Assembly (NCBI GenBank): GCA_020137815.1
Contig: CM035358.1
Location: forward strand, 2,480,001-2,544,000
DNA from: Hormiphora californensis
Taxonomy: Eukaryota > Animalia > Ctenophora
DNA length: 64,000 nt
Direction: 5' to 3'
Each line of letters begins with the position of its first letter. The first letter of the stretch is position 1. The translations under genes were made by a program, and so were the position numbers. Shown here one piece after another: positions 29,825 to 40,738 of this stretch. The notes beneath the pieces are model-generated. The model was not told the DNA's origin. It saw nothing but the letters and a program-made list of their open reading frames with translations, and did not search any database.

Positions 29825-32654
29825 TCAAATCAGCCCAGCGCTCTCCACATCCATCCACTCAAATGGATTGCTCATGTCAACTGGCCACTTGTTCCCCCTA
29901 GTATCCAACTTACTGTACTTTAAGTTAACCAGCCATGGAGCATCAGTTGCCTCGTACGGTTTAGGAGGGGTGGTATAGGGGACAATTATACCCCCATCAC
30001 CCCCAACCTCCAGTCCCTTACCATCACCCACAAACAACACCCCCAGTTCGTAACTCCGCACCCGTAGGGCTCCACTGGCCGTCCTAGCACCCCAGGCAGC
30101 TTTGGAGAGATTAGCACTGGTTAGTAGGAACCATGCTACCTTCTTTCGATCCGGTGAGAGGCGTGTGTAGGTTTTAATGTGGGGAACAACTCGACTCCGG
30201 CCATATTCTCCACTCACCCAATTGCACATGTGAGACCGCAGCCACTTTTGTCGGTCGTTGACGGTTGAGGTATAGGGGACACACCGGCCCCCTCCTAGAT
30301 ACCCCTCCAAGCTATTTCTTATCATTTCCACCGTGGGAAATACTAGTTGAAACATGGGCCGTTTAGCAGTCTGACCATCCTTTGTGGCACTGAGTGATTT
30401 TATGAAGGAGCACAGCCAGGACTCAGCGGACGGACCTAGGCTGCCTATGCTGGAACAGTTTGCTATGAGCCTCCACCCAGGTCGGACAACAGAAGAGTCA
30501 ATGTGATGGGATAGGAGGGATGCAAGACGGGTGTGTCCGTAGTCTGATGTTTGATGCTCACCGGGTACACTACCAACCAGCTTCACCTGAAGAGAGGGGG
30601 GTTTTACTTATATAAAAGTGAGACTCAGAACTCATGTATAGTTAGCGCAGCAGCCGCTGTAGGGGGCAGTGTCAAAGACAAGGAGGAGTGGGAGGTAGAG
30701 AGAAACAAAGTTACGAAAGCAGTACAAAGTAAAAGATACAACTCATGATACTTTGACGTCATTTACTGCAGCCCAGCCCTGTCCCCTGTTACATAATCTA
30801 ACACGCAGTCATGTATAAACCAAATTGCAGACCTGATTCAGTACTACGGTGTACCCCCCCCCCCCCTTACCAAGAAGAGGGAAAGAGAAGAGAGAAGACA
30901 GAGAGAAATTAAGAGAGAAGAGGGGAGAGAGAAGAGGGGAGAGAGAAGAGGGGAGAGAGAAGGTGAGTGACTTACCTGGGTGATATGTGACATGTCATAA
31001 GAGTGTAGAATCCTACTCAGCTGATCCACAGCATTGCATTTATACGATGCCATATATTTCAGTAGATACGATTTAAACTCGCTACTACTTCCACTAGTAT
31101 CTTTAGTACACAGTGGACTCACCCATAATCCCTGAAAAGAGTTGCCTTGCTCAACCCTGTTTCACTGCTAGTGTAAAGGAGGGTGAGACCATAAAGGAGG
31201 GTGAGAACTGAGACCATAACAAAAAAGGAGGGGTTTGTGAAACTATTAAGTACATTGCAACTAAGTACAATTTCAAACCAAATACCTGTGTGTTGGTATG
31301 CCAGTCAGTCTGCACCAAGTTGGCAGTGTGTATAACAATCCTGATCCCCACCTCACTCTCCAACACCATCATCTTGGTGTGATGGGTCCCATATGCCATG
31401 GGTAGGGGTACTGGAACTACTATAATGTTACTATACCGGCTACGTTTCAGCATGATGTGGTCTTGGATCGCCTGGCCTTCCTTCTCTCCTACAAAGGAAT
31501 GGGTGTTTGTGACGTGATTCAATGCTTGGAACTATATTTTAATTTGGGTAGATAACTCGATTGGTTATAAATTTTATAGACAGGGTTGTAGGTGGGTTGT
31601 TGTCAACCAAAAAAAGTTGGATTAACGGCAACCCGAATATGATTTACACCCAATCCACTCACCCACGATGATAAAAGTAGGGCCCCGTTTATGCCCCCTC
31701 AAATCCATCTCCTGAATCAACCAATCAACATCGACTGCGTAACTGAACTGCCAGGATCTTGTAACGGGTACTCCATCCAGCCAGAGTAGGTCCTGGAACC
31801 CCAGAGAGATACCATCAGAGAACTTGGCAGGGTGCCCTGTTACCTGGGAGAGGAAGGAGACAACCTTTGGGGGGGGGGGAGATCTTGACTTTGAGCTGCA
31901 AGTTATTACAGCTCAATCTTAAAATTCAACACTGATATAAATGCAGTGAATAAACACACATGCACATTGGGCAAGCTTAATTTATATAGTCTAGATAAAT
32001 GCAGCATACAGCCTAGCCTGGGGGTGGATAAAACCCTTCGATCTTGCAACAACCTACCCGGGTGAAGTAATATCTATCATGCCGTATTGTGGGAGGTGGC
32101 TCTTCACCAGACACCCTTCTTCGTTTACTGCTAGTAGTGGTGGTTGTACTCCCTCCTGAATTACCTAGAGGGACAATTGGGGGTGATGAATAGTGGAAAT
32201 AAATTGTTGTTACTTCAGGTAGGACAAACTTGTGCACAAACTGGCACAGGGTAGTTAGTAACTTACCTTCTTCAGGTGACGATGAAATGTCCCGTTTTAG
32301 TTGTTTCCCTGATTTACCACCACTGCCAGACTTGTTGGAAGTAGATGTAACACTGCTGACAGTGACTGCTTTTGAGGACGATGTTTTTGGGGTATCAGAA
32401 CTCGGGGCTGAGGGCCTTTTTGAGCTATCAGAACTGGGGGCTGATGGTCGTTTCGGCGTAACAGAACTTGGGGCTGATGGTCGTTTCGGCGTAACGGCAG
32501 GGGAACTCCCCGATCTACCAGCACCAGCTGTCGATGATGTGTGGCTACTTTTGGACGATGCCAGGGAGCTAAGGTCATCACCCGGATGAAGATAGCGCTG
32601 AAAGTGTTCCGGATTCTGTCGATAGCACTTATCCCAGTATTTGCATCGCTCCAT
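29825..32654 (-). CDS. TDP1: Tyrosyl-DNA phosphodiesterase 1 with N-terminal PBZ zinc finger
   Basis: Catalytic motifs YGTHHTKMM...HTANL and PHIKTY...TSANLSKAAWG, SYELGVLF; N-terminal CKYWDKCYRQNPEHFQRYLHP; multi-exon. Confidence 0.93.
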
Positions 32655-32857
32655 ACTAAAAGCACTAAAAGAAAGATTTGTTAATCTGTTGTTTACACAC
32701 AGAACTAAAACAAAACCTAAAATTTACTCCTTATATTATTTCATTACACATTAACAAATCAAGTTCATACATGTTGCCACGTCCGATAACTCTCATGATA
32801 AATAAATTACCTAGCCTCTTTTCGTCCAAAATCAATACATCATCTGAAATTAACAAA

Positions 32858-33752
32858 TCACCGAGTAAATCTCTCTACCCACTCCAACAACACTCGATAA
32901 ACCCTCTCCCTAATCTCCCTCCTCTCCAGGAAGAGGCCATGAGCAGCCCCCTCTATCTCTACAAGTGTCACGTGATCAGGACACGTGACTGCCAGGTCAC
33001 GTGACCCTGTGATGTCACACAACTTGTCTTCTGGACCGTGGAGGATGACGGTTGGGGTGGTGTGCCATTTCCACAGATTTCTACTCTGAAAAGGGGAAAA
33101 TATATTGTTGCAATTTTTGAAATATACGGCAAATTTCCAACAGTTTTGGACGTCAAAGATAAGAGTGGTAGAGGAAGTGGAAGAGGAAGGAATGCTGTAC
33201 ACTGTCATAAAACCACTAGAAGTAGTATGTATTCTCTCCTTACCTTGAGAAGGGGAGCACTAAGGATGAGACCATCAAGGTGGATCCTGTGGGACACCCT
33301 GTACGCTACCAAGCCCCCCATACTGTGACCAATTAGAAGCCGCCTGGTGTAGTCACGTGACAGGGCGGTTATCTCATTCACTACCTCGTCTACGTAGTCG
33401 TCAAACCGGTCACTGTACGCCTGGGGATCAGGAGAAGACATTGGCAATGGGGTTGAGCTATCTGAAATTGTTACTTCTTATAATCTAGTTAACAAAACAG
33501 TATGAAACATTAACAATAGCTGATTTCTAATAATCATCGCTTACCAAAGAATACATCACATCATGTATGACAAGAATTATTCGTTGATTTCATGTATAAA
33601 TCAGTAACATTGAACATGTTTTCATCATCTTGAACATCACCACAGATCTCTACCCGGCGGCCATTGAACGGTTCACTCCGACCAAATCCAGTTAGATCGT
33701 GAGTAAAGAAGAGATACCGTGCCTGTTCAGTAATTCAGCCACACCCCTGTAC
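32858..33752 (-). CDS. Monoglyceride lipase-like alpha/beta hydrolase, 3' part
   Basis: HDLTGFGRS, LIGHSMGG (Ser), ILHGPEDKLC (Asp), EGAAHGLFLE (His); one apparent frameshift near 33715; 5' exon not located. Confidence 0.75.
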
Positions 33753-33839
33753 CTGAGAGAGAGAGAGAGAGAGAGAGAGGGGAGAGAGAGAGAGGATCTC
33801 GCTGCAGAGAGAGAGAAGAGAGAGAGATAGACGATAATA

Positions 33840-34990
33840 TCGGCCTGAAATTTTGTAGGCATGTTCTAGTAGTATAACTACGTGTCATAACGTGGCCGGA
33901 TTTTTGATTTTTTAATTAATTAATTAATTATAAGCTTCAAAAATTTGCCCTGCACATTGCCCCTGTACATTTTGATTTTTTGCCCCTGCAACCGGTGCCC
34001 CTGCACACGGTTTATCTTCCGTTCTGCTGAAATATCGACTTGAAACTTTGTAGGAATGTTCTTCAATCATAAAAAAATGATATTCGAAAAAGTGGGAGTA
34101 TTGAAAATTAATTAATTAATTAGTTATAGGCATGCAAAAATGGATTTTTTAGGGCCCCCTGCACTTTTTTTGAAAATGTACAGGGGCAAATACCCTGCAC
34201 ATTTTTTTCATTTTGATATTCAAACTGTGGCCAAACCGTTTGTTTTTCGAAATGAAACTTGTATGCATTTTCTAGTAGTATAACTACGAGTCATAAAAAG
34301 GCTGGATTTCTTATTTTTAATTTAACTAATTAATATAAGTAATTAAAATTTTGCCCCTGCACCATCTTTCCCCTGCACCGCTGATTTCGACCCCCTGCAC
34401 ATTTCTTGAACAAGGCAACTAAAAATGGATATTTTCTGTCTGCTATAAATAACGACCTAACATTTTGTAGTAATGTGTTCATGCATATAGAAAGATCGAC
34501 AAAAAGTGGGAATAGTCAAAATTAATTATCCAATTAATTAAAGCAATTAAAATTTTGCCCCTGCACATTTTGCCCCTGTACATTTGCGGCAAATGTTGCC
34601 CCTGCACATTTTCGGTAAATTTGATATTCGAACTGTGGCCACACCGTTTGATATTTGAAATGAGACTTTGCATGCATTTTCTAGTGGTATAACTACGAGT
34701 CAAAAAGAGCGGATTTCTGATTTTTTAATTAATTAATTAATTATAAGTAATTAAAACTTTTGCCCCTGCACAATTTTGTTTGCCCCTGCACAATTTTTGC
34801 AACTTTGATATTCAAACTGTGGCCACACCGTTTGAAAATTCGAAATGAAACTTTGTATGTATGTTCTTAGTAGTATAAATACGAGTCATAACGGAGCCGG
34901 ATTTTTGATTTTCTAATTAATTAATTAATAATAATCAATTAAAACTTTTGCCCCTGCACCAATTTGCGCCTACAAAATTGATATTCAAAC
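33840..34990. repeat. Diverged ~200-bp tandem repeat, probably transposon-derived
   Basis: About 6 units sharing TGAAACTTTGTA...TAGTATAACTACG, AATTAATTAATT and clustered GCCCCTGCAC. Confidence 0.7.
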
Positions 34991-35387
34991 TTTGAGCCTT
35001 TGTGAAAGTAATGAAAAAATATTTATTTCAGGTATGATGAACAATAAGCTATAAAAATGCCCCTTTTTGTTACACAAGCCTGTGCTTGGTATCGAAGACA
35101 CCTCACACTCTGTCGCCGGGCGACCTTTGCACGCGCTGGCAAGGGGTAACTTCGTAACCAAAGCCTGTGCATTGTGCACAATGAAATGGATAAATTTCAT
35201 CCAGTGGCTGGCGGTAGAACTGAGCACCTCTAAACAAAATAAGAGCATCAACTTAATTAATTATTATTAACGTGGTGAGATAAGAAATTGATTTTGTTCT
35301 GCTCCCACTAAATACAAGGCATTTCACATTTTGGTGCCATTATTTTTGCTCTATTTTTAATAGGATTTACAATTTATTTTGGTATTA

Positions 35388-35964
35388 GGCTATAAGCATA
35401 CTGATCGTGATGACATAATCAGTTAAAAAGTGAAGTGTGTCATGGTTGATCATTCATCTGCAAAAAACTGCAGTGTGCGGAACATATGACATCACGTAAG
35501 AGCTGGCCCTGGAGCCGTCTCTTAAGTTGGATGATGATCATCAACACCTAGTGTGCGCACGTCGTTCTTATTTTCTATGAGGACTGCACTGTAGTCATGT
35601 GATATGTACCACGTGGTACGAATTCGCGCGCACTGAGAGGCTGTGTACAGGTCACGTGATAGCAACAGCCTCTCAGAGCGCGCGACTCGCAAAGGGGGAG
35701 AACCATCATCATGCTGAGCACACTGGTCATGATGATCATGATCAAAAGGCAAGTTCCACAAGTTGAGCATGGTTTATGATGATCAAACTGCGCACACTAT
35801 GGTTTATGATGATCAAACGTGAACACACTATGGTTTGAGGCATCATGATGCATCAAGCCTCCATCATGATGATAACCTCAGTGTGTGCGCTTCTTTGATG
35901 GTGACCATCAAAATCTCCGCACACTGACCTGATTATGATCATCACGATCAGTATGCTTATAGCC
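35388..35964. mobile_element. PIF/Harbinger (Tourist-like) MITE
   Basis: 26-bp TIR GGCTATAAGCATACTGATCGTGATGA; TTA duplicated on both sides. Confidence 0.8.
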
Positions 35965-38212
35965 TTAGACTGAATGTATGGGATTAGATCATTTGAGAAG
36001 TAGTGAAGATTTGAAATATGTTAGCAACTTGCCGGTTCGACAAACTAAACCCATATGATTCCAACTTCGGGTCGGACGAGGGGAAGCTTGCCTTTTGCGA
36101 ACATATATATTAACAATATAATATATGAATGATATTTTGAGATTATATTATAGTAGGACTGATTGCCAGATTTTAGAGTGATTCAGATAAACACCATGTA
36201 GGTAACCACTATGATGTTCGAGTGTTTATTTTACCCCTCACCCATCCTCCATGATACAGTAGTTCTAATTCTTACAGATGTGTTTTGTGTGTCGTGTGTA
36301 TTTCCGTTCGGAGAGAGAGAAAGAAAGAGAGAAATAATGTGTGTCAGTTTCATTTACTCAGAATCGTGTTATTTGTTACACTCATTGCTCGGCTTGTAAA
36401 AAATCAAGTTTAATACCATTCAGATCTCTTATCTAGGGTAATTATGTTTTGAGTGTCCTACACACTACACAGTATCTTGCCCTAAAGACTTTAGTAAAGT
36501 AAATTGAATTTGAAAGGCTTTAGACTCATTGGAATGTTTTATTTTATGCAGATATGTTTAACCACATGCTACACAAATCTGACCGATAGCTCTTGTATAA
36601 CTCGTAAAGTTCAATTTTATGGAATGATACATTTTTATTTGCCTTCCCTCCGCTACTTAAATTTGTGTTTGTTTCTTTGAATTGTTGGAACTTGGAATAA
36701 GGCTAGCTACGATGGAAATACCTTGACTACTAGGACACTGTCAGATATGACAATTGCCGTGCAGCTATCCCCCCCCCTTCGTTGGCGTTGCGAAGCACTG
36801 GAGCAACATTCAACAATGTAAAGTGTACACTACGGTTACCTAGGTTACGGTCCTCTGTTGCGCGCGCACCAGCTGTGCTTTCATTGCAGTGGCGTGACCG
36901 CGCGTTCCAAAACATCTGTGTTGGAGGAGTTTTACAGCCACCAGGCCAGGCTACCTCAAATATTTTGGTTTGTTTTGGGATACAACAGGTAAACCCTAGT
37001 TTATATATATATATATATATATATATGTGTAGCGGATTACCCAACTGATTATTCGCTAAACTACCCGATCTGCGAAGCAGGGAGGGCTGAATAGGGCATA
37101 ACACCCTACCGAAGGCAGGGGTTTATACAGATTTGTTGGTTATTTACCGCTCCGATTTACTGGAACCGGGGAACCCCGATTTCCCGAAAGGATAAACTTC
37201 CCCCGATATAAGAAATTAACAGAATTTGACCCCGATATACCGAGCACCCCGATTTACCTGGCAAAACCTTCGTTTGAGCATTTCGGTAAATCGGGGTCTG
37301 ACTGTACAACTTCAATAGCCATCTGACCCTGTGAGGGGGTGGATGTTTGCCTTGTAAAAAGGTTTGAACAAAACAAGTGGATGTATGGCCGTTGGAAATT
37401 TAATAATCCCAGTGAAGGCTATTGGGGTTTTCTGTTTCAATGTTCTCCCTCAGCTATCAGCGTGGCTGTGCGTCATTAAAAAAACCAGACAGAAAATCGC
37501 ATCAGGGTAAATATGAAACCTCCGCCAGCCACCATGACTTCAGAAAGTGTCCCATTTATCTACAATTCTACAATTTCTAACCTTGAGTTGCTTACGTTGC
37601 GTTGGGGTTGATATTTCTACCAGTCATGACAGCACTGTGTTCTGTAGATAAAGGTGCCCTACATGATTTAAAACTTCATATTTGTAAAGCAAGCCACAAA
37701 GGCGCCGTGATCTACTCACTGAATAGTTTGGTATGGATATATACCCTGCTAACTTAAATAACCCGCCAGTGGCGAGAAGTCCCACTGGCGCGCTCTCAAT
37801 ATACAGCCAGTCCAGCGGCAGATTATTTCCCACTGGTGGCTGTTTATTATTAACTCCTATGTTACATTCAAAGTGTGTGTAAATGATCAGTTCTTACTGA
37901 AAACAGAGGGAACACTGTTTGCAAGAGTACACACTGCATTGGAGAGAAAGAACAACACATTCCGTCAATTTCTCTCTCTTTATCTCCCTTTGTTTCACTA
38001 TCTCAATTCCTCTGTGTTATGTCTGGCATGCCCCATATCTTGTTATTTTCTTTCTCTCTCTCCTTAGTAACTGTTACCAAACAATATACACTCAATTGAG
38101 AGATGTTTTTGACTGTTTCTCAGTTCTCTTTGTGTGTTTGATTATGTTTTTTTATTTTCTCTTTGTTAGTGTGTAATACTTGAAACAAACAACTAAAGCA
38201 GGGTATATAACC

Positions 38213-38397
38213 CATAAACTCTGACCAATGGCACGTTATTGGTTTAAACCCCTCCCTCTCCCTCGGCTCCGCTCGGGATCGTCGTCGTGATTTAAACCAG
38301 TTTATCCGCCACTGGCGGATAAACTACAGCTACCTTCTCCCAGCGGCGCGCTGGGAGAAAGGTATCTGAAATAACGTGCCAGTGGCCAGAGTTTATG
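38213..38397. mobile_element. Inverted-repeat element, family unresolved
   Basis: CATAAACTCTGACCAATGGCACGTTATT mirrored by AATAACGTGCCAGTGGCCAGAGTTTATG. Confidence 0.55.
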
Positions 38398-38561
38398 CTT
38401 CATATAAAACATAGAAATAATCCTTGTCTCAGTCATTGCTTTGTTCGATATTCTACCATCCTATGTATTTGCCTCCCTAGCAGCTAGCCCTCTTGTCTCA
38501 CTCTTCACTCCTCACTCCTTAACCTTTCATTTCCCAACTAAACAGATCTAACTCCCTAGTA

Positions 38562-40309
38562 ATGGCGTCCACCCTCCATTTTGTGGTTGTTCTGGCCCTA
38601 GCGGGAAATTCCCTCGCCTTCCCGTGCTCTATGTGTGCCCAGGTAAGTTTTTTTTTTTTTTTTTTCGTGTCCAGGTAAGTTTATCAGATTGCTTTTTTCT
38701 TCAAACAGTTTGAGTTTTATGAATCATCTTTTTTCTTCAAATAATGATAAAAACAACTCTATTTTCTCTCGCTACAGATCACTGACCCTGTTGCCCAAGC
38801 GACCTGTTATCAATACTGTGATTCAGTATCTACTGCAGAACCCAACTTCCCTTGCTCTATGTGTATCCATGTATGTAGACAATAGACATATCAATCAGTA
38901 TTCAAAACCATATCTGTATCATATTTTGGACAACCTATGCAACATGTACATTGTACATTGTACCAGATGAAATATTCATGCACATGGGACCACTCTCTGT
39001 TTTAAAAGAATCATAATATTATCCTGCGAAATAATACAGCTGTATTTAGGACGCAACACACGTTTCATGGAATCCCTGACAGGAAACCAATAATATTATC
39101 CTGCTGATTGTTTTTCTACCCTCCCAGATCACTGACCCTGCTGCCCAAGCGACCTGTCTACAATACTGTGACTCAGTTGCCACACTTGCTGAGGCACTTG
39201 GTGATAACGTGGGCTTCCCTTGCTCAAAGTGTGCCAAGGTACGTAGTACCAAAATTATTACAATACGCCAAAAATGTGAAATACCCACCTCCCACTAACC
39301 CACCTCCCACTCTCACTACTATACCCCACCTCCCACTAACCCACCTTCCACTTCTCACTAACCCACCTCCCACTAGATCACTTCCAACCTCCCACTAACC
39401 CACCTCCCACTAGCTCACCTCCCACCTCCCACTAACCCACCTCCCACTAACCCACCTCTCACTACCCACTAACCCACCTCCCACGAACCCACCGCCCACT
39501 AACCCACCTCCTACTAACCCACTAACCCACCTGCCTCAGTTAAAGGATCCTGTTGCCAGAGCTACCTGCTACACCCGCTGCAACTCAGTCGGCTCTACTG
39601 ATGAGAAGGTTCCTGTTGGGGGAGTTGTCACCTGTGACAAGTGCAATGATGTGAGTTCGATAAGTACTAAGTTACTAATCATGATATATTATCTTGCTTT
39701 CATTTTGAAAGAGTAGTCAATAACTAATCGACATAGCTGTGCCATAATGTAATTGATATCTTCCCCACAGTTGGAGGATGATTGGGCATACTCTCTGTGT
39801 CATGACCGCTGTACTAACGTCCAGAGTTGCCACCTCAAAGACTGGCTAAAGTGAGTCTCATTGTTCAACCTTTCCCAATTGTAACAGCGTAGGTACCCCA
39901 GTGTACCTGATGAAGTATGACCGCTTATTCTCCTAGTATATTCATTTTCTCTTTGTAACAATTCCAATTCCCCCAATACACACCACCATTCTACCCCAGG
40001 TGTGCCGTATTCGTGGCTGAGTGTGCTGTCCAGTGCTGTGGAGGAAGCTGCGCTGTCACCCCCGTCTGTGTCGGTCAGTACTTTTATCAGTCTTTTGTCA
40101 GTCTTTTATAGGCTAGTTATGAATTATAAATAGCTTCCCGTTAGTTTTTTGTGAAAAGCTCTGGGAACTTTCCGAAGATCGAGTTTGATACAATATCATA
40201 ATTATATCGTGTTTCAGCATGTATGGGAGGGAGTTACGAGCGGTGTAAGAAGTGTTTCCACCACCTTGATTCTATCAAGACTGTTGACAACATGATGATC
40301 CAGAACTAA
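38562..40309 (+). CDS. Secreted cysteine-rich repeat protein
   Basis: Seven GT-AG exons 38562-38642, 38778-38870, 39128-39238, 39540-39650, 39771-39850, 40000-40073, 40218-40309 splice in frame; signal peptide MASTLHFVVVLALAGNSLA; AATAAA at ~40402. Confidence 0.85.
39284..39532. repeat. 15-bp minisatellite CCCACCTCCCACTAA
   Basis: Seen directly; fills intron 3 of the Cys-rich gene up to the acceptor. Confidence 0.9.
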
Positions 40310-40738
40310 ACAAGCAGCATGGTTTTGGCTCGTTTAGTCACCGGGTCACCCTTACTCAACAAGTTCTGGCACCCCGGCTGGTAGGGATACATCATGGACT
40401 CAATAAAGGTTTTGATACACGCTTGGCATAGTACTCACCTTCTTTTTCTACCAAAAAGTATACAGAGTGTTGACCCTTTCTAGTAGAGTGATATTAGTGC
40501 TTATTATTAGAAAAATGCTTTTGTATTATTATTTCATATTATTTTTCATTATTTTTCATCTAAAATGTTTTCCATTGAGTCTCAAAGTTAAAACTCGGAT
40601 ATAAAGTTGGCGAATAACTGAAGAAAAACTAACGTAGTTTTACACATGGAAACCTGGATTTACAAACCTTTCTCTTCTCACTTTCTTTTTCTATTATTTA
40701 CAAGTCTGTGTATCATGTGACGCAATAAAATCACTTTT

